From Eledone cirrhosa (taxonomy: Eukaryota): DNA of 64,000 nucleotides. Shown here piece by piece: positions 40,071 to 51,894 of the stretch (its first letter is position 1; each line of letters starts with the position of its first letter). Both the position numbers and the translations under genes were made by a program. The notes under the pieces are model-generated. The model made no database searches. It was not told the DNA's origin and saw only the letters and a program-made list of their open reading frames with translations. Where the stretch lies: positions 316,200,001 through 316,264,000 of the forward strand of contig OZ024740.1 of NCBI GenBank assembly GCA_964016885.1, written 5' to 3'.

Positions 40071-40884
40071 TGGGTTTGTGTGTATAGGGGATGGTTACAT
40101 ATGAATTTATATATGTTATATATGCATAACTTTATACATTTGTTGGTTTATATATGTACAGGTTTATGTATACATGGGTATATGTATAAGTGGCCTTATA
40201 TATATGTAGGATTTTGTGTGTAATAGGTGTGTATTTATGTAGGATATCTTTCCTGTGGGGAAGCAAATATGGCATAATGTTTGGAATCTATTCCAGTTGT
40301 TCAATTATATTGCTATTTCCCAATGCTTGCTAGTTTCATGTTCCTTTGTCTTGCTTTCTGTTGTATTATTTCCTTCAAAGATAATGGAAATCAGTAGACA
40401 GATACATACACAGACTGACTGACAGAAAGACCAAAATGAACAGTTGAATAATGTTATTAATAATCCTAATATATAGTGAATTCATCTTAAAGTATACATA
40501 TATACATCTTTAACTTTTCAGCTTATATTAACCAAAATCTTACATAAAATATTTTGAAATATTTTCCCATGCTTCAAATGAAAAATGACCAGTTCATCTG
40601 CAGATACATCACATATTTATACAAGTCAAGTTCTACTATATGATATTTTACATCGACTCCTTATTTGGAGTTTTGGCTTTAATTCATGTTGATTTATATT
40701 TCTTCTTTCCCAATATATATATATAATGTGTGTTGCTCTGTCAAAACCAGATAATATACTTGGAACAATACTCTTTCCTTACTAAGTAGAACAGTTGTTG
40801 CTTGGTTCTTCCATCCTCTTTACCTCTGCTGCCCTCCTCTCTACTTTGCCAGCCAGGTAAGCTCTATGTGTATCTGTGTGTGTG

Positions 40885-40944
<60 letters not shown>

Positions 40945-41268
40945 TGTGTCTGCATTTGTTTGTTGTTGCCGTTGCTTTTTTCACTAGAATTTTGCTTTGG
41001 ACGCCATAATATGTCACCAGCTATGCAGCTAAACATTTTATGTTTGAATTGAAATATTTCCACCCTGTTGATTCTATCACTGAAATGTATCCAGTCTTAG
41101 AATCATCAGTTTGTTGATTCTGAGAATTACTAAACCAATTTGTAGCTACTAAAATGATAAATGTACACACAACTGAATCAAAGATAATGAATAGCCTATA
41201 GTCATGACGTTTTTATTAAACTAACCTTAGTCTATCATACTAAAATGTACTGCCTTTCTCCTTTCACT

Positions 41269-42082
41269 ATTGACCTTGCACAATTGCATCTCTCTAAGAC
41301 AACGACATAGGGTCGAGATCTTTGGCATTATGCAGTAATAAAAAAAATCCACCTTCCCATGCACACAGACTGAAGCATACATCTAGTATGCACCTCTTAA
41401 CCACTATCCTCTACTCTTTCATACACCTCCCACGTCCTAACACACCACCCACATCTGATCACACTACTCTTCTCCCATGCCATACTGTAAGTTATCATTT
41501 TGGTATCACAACAAAAAGCACCCAGTCCACACTCTAAAGTGGTCGTGTAGGTGTCAAGACAGAAAGCACCAAGCCCACACTAAAGTGGTCATGTAGGTGC
41601 CATGACAAAAAGCACCCAGTCCACACTCTAAAGTGGTCGTGTAGGTGTCAAGACAGAAAGCACCCAGCCCACACTAAAGTGGTCATGTAGGTGTCAAGAG
41701 AGAAAGCACCCAGTCCACACTCTAAAGTGGTCATGTAGGTGCCATGACAAAAAGCACCCAGCCCACACTAAAGTGGTCATGTAGGTGCCATGACAAAAAG
41801 CACCCAGCCCACACTAAAGTAGTCATGTAGGTGTCAAGACAGAAAGCACCCAGCCCACACTAAAGTGGTCGTGTTGGTGTCAACAAAAAGTGACCAGTCC
41901 ATACTCTAAATGTGGTTGCCAGAAGGAAGAGTATCCAGCTGTAGAAACCAAGCCAGAAACAGTTCTGTATGAGTAAAACAAGGTCACTTGACTCGACTTG
42001 CCAGGACAATCTGTCTAACCCATGCTAACATGGACAATAGACATTAAACGATGATGATGATTAAGATGATGATTATGATGAT
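41269..42082 (+). mobile_element. 5'-truncated RTE LINE, same family as 36023-38888, with about 8 tandem 46/48-bp units in the 3'UTR (41510-41910)
   Basis: IDLAQLHLSKTTT*GRDLWHYAV matches the C-terminus SDITHLHLSKTMSLDRDLWRYSV; same tail. Confidence 0.8.
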
Positions 42083-42522
42083 ATTCTCTCTGAATATTTA
42101 AATTTTCACCAGTCTAATCATTCCTGTCGGAAAACAAGAAATTATCTCAGCTTAACTACAATATACTCTGCCAAATAGTCCAGTACAAGAGAATAAGCTC
42201 AACTAAACTGGTTGGATAAACTACTAGGGTTGGCTGAAAAGTTCATGGACTGACCCAGATACTCTCATGGAATGACCTAATGTGGTTTATTTTTCAACAT
42301 AGTTCCTGGAAAGAAATAATGTAGTTAATAATAATAAGAGTTGAAATTAATTGTTTCTACTTTTGGCACAAGGCCAGCAAATTACCCAGTACATTACTGG
42401 TACTTTATTTTATCGACCCCATAAGGATGAAAGGCAATAAGAGTTAAAATTAATGCATACAAGATTTCACAGCCCTAGCATCAATCCTTCATAGTCAGCC
42501 TCTGAACTTTCCACCTAAGAAA

Positions 42523-42790
42523 ATATGATCAAAGGTTGTTGGTTAGCCAGTGGTCAGTCCTGACTTAGCAGATATGGGATCAAAGGTTGTTGTTTACCCA
42601 CTGGTCAAGCTTGATCAAGTGGATATATGGTCAAAGATTGTTGTTTAGCCACTGGTCAACCCCGATTTTACAAATATATGATCAAATGTTGTTTAACCAC
42701 AGGTCAACCATGATCAAGCCAATATGTGATCAAAGGTTGTTTAGCCACAGGTCAACCATGATTTAGCAGTCATATGATCAAAGACATTTC
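42523..42790. repeat. Degenerate ~47-50 bp tandem repeat, about 5-6 copies (atatgatcaaaggttgttgtttagccactggtcaac...)
   Basis: Direct reading. Confidence 0.75.
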
Positions 42791-44653
42791 AACCATAATC
42801 ATCCGTTCTTTCTTTAATTCATTTGTTTCTTTATATATGAGATTACAATGTTAATAATAGAAATATATGAGAGTCTGATTTGATAGAGATTTGACTACTA
42901 TTTCTAACAACTTGAATGGCTGTGTAGAGGTACACTTGTTAGTGGAGCTGTTAGCTTCTACAACCAACTGACTTGGGTCATTAGTAAGTAAATATCTTTA
43001 TTAAGGGCACAAAACCATTAAGTATTCTTGGTGGTCTCAATGCCCTTGGGTGATTATCACTATTAGGTGATCTTAAAAGAGGATTCTTCCATGCCACTGT
43101 GGAATCAGTGATAAGTACAGGACGGACCTTTTCCTGAACACTCACAAAACACCTGGAAGTAAGAATTGATGGTGCTTACATCCACATGTTCAGATTATTC
43201 TAAATTTCTCCTGGAAAGAGCATCCAACCAAATAAAGATTGTATGGCAACCTTTCTGCAATCACTGATGTTATTCAAGAGAAACAAATGTTCTTTGTAGA
43301 ACATTATTGAAGGACTAAGCAAGAACTTAATGATATAATTCTATAGACATTGGCAATGTATTTGTTTTGCAAGGTTTTTGATATGAAATCATGTGTTGAA
43401 ACAGATATTGTTATATTTGGGGAGGGTCATGTTGTTATGATATTGCCAGAAAAATATAAAAATATAAGAATATACTGAAGCAAAAACCAAACCAAACTGA
43501 GTGTGTTTTACTATTTTTTCTGGCAATATTATAACAACATTGTCTTATGAAACACAAACTGTCAATACCTTTACTGGTACATATATTATTATATGAGATA
43601 TGAGGGTGGTGGATTGACAGAATTGGTAGAGCATCGAACACCATGCTTAGCAGCATAGAGCTAACCTTGGTGGGATATGATCTCTTTACGTTCTGAGATC
43701 ATATGCTGCCGAGGTTAACTTTTCCTTTCATCCTTATGAGGGTTGATAAAATAAAGTACCAGTAACTCACTGGGGTCGATTTAATCGACTTTCCTCTTCC
43801 CAAAAATTGTTGGCCTTGTGTCTAAATCAGAAATCATTATATGAGAGATAAAGGGCAGTGGATTAGTAGGGTTGTTAGAATATCAGACAAATGCTTAGCT
43901 GTATTTGTTCTGGGTTCAAATTCTACTTAGGTCAACTTTACCTTTTGTACTTCTGAGCTTGATAAAATAATGTATCAGTCAAGCACTGGGGTCAATTTAA
44001 ACAACTTTCCCTCCACCCAAAATTACTGGCCTTGCACATAAATTAGAAATCCTTATCATATGGAAGATAAAAGCAAAAGAATATTCTTAGTAAATTTCCC
44101 ATCAGATTCCTGCCAATGCAGGCTATCACCAGTTTATCAATGCTATCTCTTATCTTTTTATTTATTTGGTTAGCTGCAACTCTAAGAAGATAACTAACTA
44201 CTTATATATAATATTTTGTTGATAGAATATTTTACCTCAATATTTACTGTGTGGAACAGTCATTTTAGTCATTTAAAACACAACTGGTAACTTTACTTTC
44301 TTCATCCTCATCGTTTTTATGTCAACTTCTACAGCTGGATGCCCTACCTGACACCAAGCCTTTTAGTTGCTTCATATGATGTGCAGGGATATGGTGTACT
44401 TATTTTAAACAGGATACATATCATCATCATCATCATCACCGTTTTACGTCCGTATGAGGTACAAGTCAACAGGTTAGAATTTACCTCATTTATTTGAATA
44501 AATGAGGTAAATTCCAACCTCTTGACTTCATTATCATAATTATATTCCGGAGTATGCAGACCTACTTGTATACATCATTGAATGGTCTATCCTGTGTATA
44601 CTACTGTCAGTGGTTTAACTAACACATATTGTACCATATATATATATATATAT

Positions 44654-45322
44654 CATCATCATCATCATCATCATCATTTTACGTCCGCTTTTCCCTGCTT
44701 GCAAGGGTGGGACGGGTCTTATTCAGCACAGCATCTCTCCACTCATCACGGTCCCTCGTCATCTCCACCGTGAGCTTCAATGATCTGAGGTCTGTTCTCA
44801 CCACCTCCGCCCATGTTTTTCTTGGTCTACCTCTACCACGTCTTCCTTCAACTGGCATTTCCTGGCACTTCTTCACCCATCGGTCATCCTCCATGCGCAT
44901 CACATGTCCATACCACCTCAGTCTCCTCTCCCGTACACTACATTCTATCCCTCTCAGACACAGTTTCTCTCTCAACACATTTATGCTGGGTCGTTCACGC
45001 ACATTTACACTGCACATCCAACGGAGCATGCTTGCCTCATTTCTCTCCAGCCGTCGCATATCCTCTGCAGTTGCTGCCCATGTCTCACTACCATGCAGCA
45101 TCGCGCTCCTCACACAGGCATCATACAACCGGCCTTTCGTACGCAGGGAGAAACCCTTCTTCGTCAACAGAGGAAGCAGCTCCCTAAACTTCTTCCAACC
45201 CGTCCTTCTATAGCTATCCACCACTTCTATAGCGCCCTCCTGCATTTGAAAAATGTGTCTATCAATGCGACTTCTACTGTCTAATTTCCCTGTACATCTA
45301 CTGCATACATATTTCTCCCTAC
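44654..45322 (-). mobile_element. 5'-truncated RTE LINE, subfamily with almost no 3'UTR
   Basis: ORF 44679..45245 RTGWKKFRELLPLL...RRLRWYGHVMR...RGRPRKTW; (GAT)n tail immediately after the stop; begins at the end of the PHD (YVCSRC). Confidence 0.93.
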
Positions 45323-46182
45323 AGGTAGGGAGAAATATATATATATATATAGAACTCTCCTATATTTCTAAAATCTCCATGGTGGAAGCCATCTTTATTT
45401 ATATAATAGGCTGAATGAGTTGGGGTGAATAACCTAACAAAACTTAAGTAACTGTACATGTCACTGTTGTAACTAATTATATATATATATCTGTAAACTT
45501 AACAGTTTTTGCATGTTTAAAAATGGCTAAAAGACTCAAAAGACTCTTCTGTAAAGAAATTGTTTTAGTATTAACACACAGTCACAGATCAACTGACATG
45601 CTAGACAAGTACAAATTTGTACTGTTTTACCCCATTTCTGCTGAATTAAATTTCTGTCTCATGTTGGTGTACTTCTTTATATTTATTTCTAGCAGTACAT
45701 ATGGACGCAGTATAGAGAGTGCAAATGCGTTAGGCATATACAGGACAGCTGGGTAGTAATCAAGCAATGGTACTAGCCATATATAATTACTGTATGACAA
45801 AGGTATCACATAAAATAACATAGGTTTACATATGAAGCAGGCAAAGGTGTTTGTGTATTAAAATTATCAGTTTATGGTGGATGTAGTGTGATAATTGTTT
45901 CTGTAATGTTCAAATGTGCATGTGTTGAGAGTATTATTGTTACTCGTTTTACAAGTAACTTTCTACCTTAATGCCTCTTTAATTATTATACTATTCCCTT
46001 GTAATCTCTGTCGCATGCATTCCACTCTGTGCCTCTTTAATTATTATACAATTCTCTTGTAATCTCTGTCACATCCATTCCACTCTGTAAATACGAAACT
46101 GTTGATGACAACATTAACATCCATGTATCTATATGATTGTTCAGTCGAATAGGAAGTTAATTATATGTCCAAACTTTGCTAG

Positions 46183-46229
46183 TGCTCTGATGATTCCAAA
46201 CGAAAGTTTGGAAGAAACGATTGTCAGCA
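46183..46229 (+). ncRNA. Minimal type I hammerhead ribozyme (Penelope-LTR type)
   Basis: UGCU-CUGAUGA-UUCCAAAC(GAAA)GUUUGGAA-GAAAC(GAUU)GUC^AGCA: complete catalytic core, perfect 8-bp stem II with GNRA loop, 4-bp stem I, AATAAA at 46229-46234. Confidence 0.8.
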
Positions 46230-46452
46230 ATAAAATGATTTGAACATAGTTTTGATTATTGTGTAATTTATATTCCTGCTCTGTAAAACATCTGATGTAT
46301 TTACATTGAGCTATTTTTCTTACTGATAATAAGGTAGTAATGAGTTACTGACCTTTCCTGTTTATAGTTGTATATAGTGCATATATAACTATAAATAATA
46401 TTATTATTATTATATATATATATATGTATGTATATATATATATATATAATAT

Positions 46453-46787
46453 GGAGGCACATGGCTTAGTGGTTAGAGCATTGGCCCTGCAATCGAAAGG
46501 TTGTGAGTTCAATTCTCAAACCGGGTGATGTGTTGTTTCCTTGAACAAGACACTTTATTTCACATTGCTCCAGTTTACTCAGCTGTAGAAATGAGATGAT
46601 AGGGACTGGGGTCCCTATCATTCCACTGCAAAGTGGTCGTGGAGGTGCCACGGCAAAAAAGCACCCAGCACTCACTGTAAATGAGGTTGGTGTTAGGAAG
46701 GGCATCTAGCTGTAGAAATCAAGCCAGAATCAGTTCCCGTCCCACCCTTGCAAGCAGGGAAAAAGCGGACGTAAAATGAAATGAATG
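46453..46787 (+). mobile_element. Full-length tripartite SINE (tRNA head, CORE-like body, RTE-derived tail); near-identical inverted copy at 58131-58450
   Basis: A box tggcttagtggtt, B box gagttcaattc; 3' end cccgtcccacccttgcaagcagggaaaa(a)gcggacgtaaaatga is shared with the RTE at 44654. Confidence 0.88.
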
Positions 46788-47603
46788 TATATATATGGCC
46801 AGTGATTTTTGCATGATTTGCATTTGTTTCACACCATAGTTAAATAGTAAACATTCATGCACAATACACCATGCAGTAGAGGATCCAAGATAAATTTAAT
46901 GGAGATATAATAGCTGTTTTTAAATTAGAAGCTCGCTATGAAAATAATAGTTTCTGATTTAGGCACAAGACCAGCAATTTTTGGGGGGTGAGGTATGTCA
47001 ATTAAATCAACCCAGTGTGTGACTGGTACTTTATTTTATCGACCCCATAAGGATGAAAGGCATAGTTAACCTCGCCGGGATTTGAACTCAGAACGTAAAG
47101 GACCGTAACTCTATGCAGCTAAGCATGTTGTCCAACACTGAAGTATAAACACTGCTATTTCCTCTGTAGACAGAAAATCTTAAGAGATTGCTTTTGCATG
47201 TTCCAGAGATATTTGTCTCTTCTTCAGGAAAAAACTACTGTGATTCTGCTACAGAGGAAACTTATTGCAGTCACTATTTATGTAAAAAAATTACCTGTCT
47301 AATTTGCATATTATCATTTAATTAACTTGCAATTAATTAAATAATAAATATTTCTGCGTAACTCTCACTGAGTATTTGATGATCTCTGAAATGCATCAAG
47401 ATATCCTCTTGTGTTTTTCTGTGTACAGAGGGATTAACAGAAAGTGTATTTAGACTTCATTATTTTCACAGCATGGTTTCTTATTTAAATACTGTTGCTA
47501 TATCTACAGAAATATATCTTGTACCTTCTAATACACATTGTGTTAAGCATGAATATAAATTATTCAATAACGCATGCACACACACACACACATATATATA
47601 ACA

Positions 47604-48522
47604 CTATAGATCTTGCTTGCAGTCTGACCTGGACACAATGCAACAATGGATCTCAGACTGGCAACTCAAGCTAGCTGTGGACAAGTGCACCACCATGCAT
47701 TTTGGGAGTAAAAACTCAGCGCCCACATACTCCCTCCACAGCACTAATATCAAGAAGTCTTCTTGTGAACGTGACCTGGGCATTACGGTCAGCAGCGATT
47801 TGCGTTGGACGAAGCACGTCTCTAAAATTGTCAAGAGGGCTGAGGGTGTCTTAGCATCACTCAGCAAGACCTTTGTCAGCCGCTCTCCAGATATCTATTT
47901 AAGGCTGAACATGGCTATGGTGCGGCCACACTTAGAATTTGCATCACCAGTCTGGAACCCCTATCTTGCTCAGAAAATTGACCGCCTGGAAACTGTTCAG
48001 AGACGTGCAACCAAGCGAATACCCTCCATCAGGCATCTACCATACTCTGAGCGCCTTGCTTCCCTGGGCATGGATACATTGAAGTTCCGACGCCTGGCAA
48101 CTGACTTGGTAAACACCCACAAAATTGTTAACCATCTTGCCAACAACAACCCTGAGTACCTTTTTGATTTCCATGTGTCTAACACACATGGACATGCCCA
48201 CAAAGTCAGAAAACAGCACAGTTCCCATGACTTTCGGAAACATTTTTTCATGCTCAGAGTTGCTGAAGCATAGAACAAACTACCTGCATCAGTTGTTAGC
48301 TGTCGAGACACTGCATCCTTTAGGCCTCCATGCTTCCCAAGATCCGCCAACACTACAGCTAATGTTCCCCCTCCATACACATACACACATGTATACCATG
48401 ACTCATATACTATTCACTTCCCTGACATTTGTGTATTATTCTATGTACTATACATACACCTTTGACGAGTTGTAGTGCACCTGAGCACTTTACACAATAA
48501 TTTCATTATTTATTATTTATTT
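47604..48522 (+). mobile_element. 5'-truncated CR1-type LINE
   Basis: LQSDLD...WQLKLAVDKC...ERDLGITVSSDLRW...RPHLEFASPVWNP...VQRRATK; (ATT)n tail. Confidence 0.92.
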
Positions 48523-49193
48523 ATATATATATATTTGTGTGTGTGTATTAAAAAGGTAGAATCTAATGGTGAACACTGCCATTTCTGTGCATAAATTTTT
48601 AGTTCATCTTTTTACTTTTTACATAGATTTACTATGTGATCTCCCTACTAACACTACTAGCTATATATATTATTTAAAGCTGGGTCTCCATGAGTCACAG
48701 CACAAAGTTTCTTGTTATTGATCCTCAGTTATCTGAGGATCATAATGAGAAACTTCAAGTAGCTACCCACGAAGATCCAGTTTTGAATAAATCTTATTCT
48801 ACTCTGCTATAGTATTGACTATTTTTTCACTGCTTTGCATATCCTTCCTTTATGGTCCATTATTCGGTGAATTGGCAGTTATGGTAGAGGGTCTGACATG
48901 CCTTCCAGCATAGTTACGTCCCTTTACGATCTGAGTTCAAATCCTGCTGAGGTTCACTTTGCCTTTCATCCATATGGGGTCGATAAAATAAAGTACCAGT
49001 AATGTACTGGGTAATTGCTGGCCTTGTGCCTAAAGTAGAAACAATTATTTATATATATATATAATTAGGGAATAAAGAATCAGTGTTGCATCATATACAT
49101 ATTTAATTAGATATTACATATTTACATATGTTTCTCTGTCGATCAGCTCTAGGAACGATCCATTATGTTTGTTCCTGACTCTGGAATCGATTC

Positions 49194-49237
<44 letters not shown>

Positions 49238-50194
49238 TATTAGTTTTGGTGCTCTGAAATAGCGATGTGTACATGAATGTATGTGTAGTATATTTTAATT
49301 AAGCATAGAGTATATTGCCATATATATATATATGTTTGTCAAGTGATTTGATGTAAAACTTTATATTAAATGATGATATTGCTGTATTTTGGAAGTATCA
49401 TTTTTGCCAGCAAAAAAAGAAAACTCCTGCTGAATAAGTTATTTGTTTATTTAATTGTTAGTATCAGATTTTCTTGACACACTTTTCAGGCTTAATCACT
49501 GATCTCTAAGCATCTGTCTAGTTTTCAGACAATCGCTGCTCAAATATACTGTCTTAGCTTATCTATTTGTGTGTCTGTAACTGTCAAGTATTTGGGTGTT
49601 GTTCGATATAATGTGTGTATGTATTATTGTATATGTGTGTTGATGTGGGTTTTGTGTCAGATGTGTGTGCATGTGTGTGATAAATGTGCCGGTGGTGGTG
49701 GCAATGTTGACTACACGGTAGCAGTGTGTGTGCGTGTATGTGTGTGTGTATGCATGTATATGTGTGTATCATTGTATATGTGTTGATGTGGTTTTGTATC
49801 AGATGTGTGTGTGTGTGTGTGTTTGTGATAGCTGTGGTGGTGGTGGTGACAACCATGATACCAATGACTCTGTGTGTGTATGATGCCAATGACTGTGTGT
49901 GTGTGCATGTATGTGTGTGTGTAAAATGTATTTTTAGTTACTTTTTCCTTTTGTTATATTTTTTTGTTTTGTTATTTCCTGCTGTCTTCTTGAGGATATC
50001 AGTAATATTTGAAATGTGTTTTGTGATAGCTGGGAGATGATTAGTCAAGGTTTATATTATATATTACAACCATTCATCTTAGTAGATGTCACAAGTGTAG
50101 TGAAAATATTAGATTTATAACCATCATTAATCTATGGTTTTGTAGGATAACTATTAATTAGACTTATAGCCATCGTTAGTTAATGGTTTCATCA

Positions 50195-50540
50195 AATTTC
50201 TCTCTTCTGTTCTCCCTTGTCAGTAATTCACAGTGGTTGTCTTGGATCCTCAAGTGAGACTAGACAAGCTCATGGATTTTATCCAATCATTTTGCTCGAG
50301 GTCTACCCTGGGTCTTCTACCAGTTGGTTTTGCCAGTAAAACCTGTCCAAAAATTCTTTTCTAAGACATTCTAACCATATGCCCATAGTATCGGAGCTGT
50401 GATCTCACAATTCGGAGAAGTAGCGGCTCTACTTGGAGTGACGCTCTGATCTCAGAGCTACGCACTTTATCAAGTACTGTTACTCCAAAGACCCTTTGGA
50501 GGAACCCCATTTTGACCACTTGTATTCGCGATTATATTCG
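50195..50540 (-). mobile_element. RTE-like LINE 3' fragment of a second family; related + strand fragment at about 61070-61360
   Basis: Antisense reads ...LRYYGHMVRMS...KPTGRRPRVDL... Confidence 0.65.
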
Positions 50541-51688
50541 TAATATCTAGCTCATACAAACTTACCTCTGTATCTTTATATATATCTGGTGGTATACAGT
50601 CTTTTCTGGTTTCACAGATGTGTAAGAGTTATAGAAAAGAGGTTTTCAGGACTACTGATATCACTAACATTGTTTCAGTAGAAAAATTGCTGTTCATTTC
50701 CATATAATTTTGATAACACCATACCAATACACACTGAATGATGCACACACAAACACATTCATTTGCACTATCATCACATACATACTCACACACACATATG
50801 AAGGTCAGTTGAAAAGTTCATAGGCTTACCGAGATACTCTCATGGAATGACCAAACGAAGTTTATTTCTTCAACATAGTCCCTGGAAAGAAACAATGCAG
50901 TTATTAATAAGAAGAGTTGAAATTAATGCATGTAAGATTTCAGAGCTCTAGCTTCACTCCTTCATGGGCTTACCAAGATACTCTCATGGAATGACCAAAT
51001 GTGGTTTATATTTCAACATAGTCGCTGAAAAGAAACAATGCAGTTATTAATAAGAAGAGTTGAAATTAATCCATGCAAGATTTCACAGCTCTAACATCAA
51101 CCTTTCATAGCCAGCCTATGAACTTCTCAGTCTGCCCTTGTACATTGTCATCATGTACAAACATACAACATTAATAAACACAGTTTAACAGATGCACCCA
51201 CACAAATGGATAGTCTAAACCAACATCCCCAATGCCATAATAAGTTAGTGTGCCATATTTATAGACAGTAGCAATGTGCAAAATTATATAGGAGCTGTGA
51301 GTTCAATCGTCACATGAGACAGTCCTGCAATTCTAAACCAACATATAAAAAAAGTCACAGAATAGAGAACTAAATAATAACACCCTAATTGGTGTATGTG
51401 TCTTTATGATTAGCAAAAATTACTCTTCCAAAACACAATATATATATATCAATTCATAGTATTAGTTGGATAATCATGAAACTAGCAGTTTCATAGCTTT
51501 TGTTGATAAAGACATATGGTCTCCATCATGGAGAATACATGCTTTTGTCAACAAAAGCTATGAAACTGTTAGTTTCTCAAATTTCCAACTAATACCATCT
51601 ATTACAATATATAAATTACCTCAATGTTTACATATTGAGAGCTCTATCTTTTGAATTATGAAATCACACTGATATCTATCTCTATCTA

Positions 51689-51731
<43 letters not shown>

Positions 51732-51847
51732 AGATAGCTGATATATATATATATAGATAGCTGATATATATATATAGATAGCTGATATATATATAGAGAT
51801 AGCTGACGAAACGGCCAGAGCTCAGCCATCGAGGTCCTGACTCATTT

Positions 51848-51894
<47 letters not shown>

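Noticed and set aside
46453-46525. Functional tRNA gene
   Set aside because: A/B boxes are present but the acceptor stem does not close, and it continues into a SINE body and tail.
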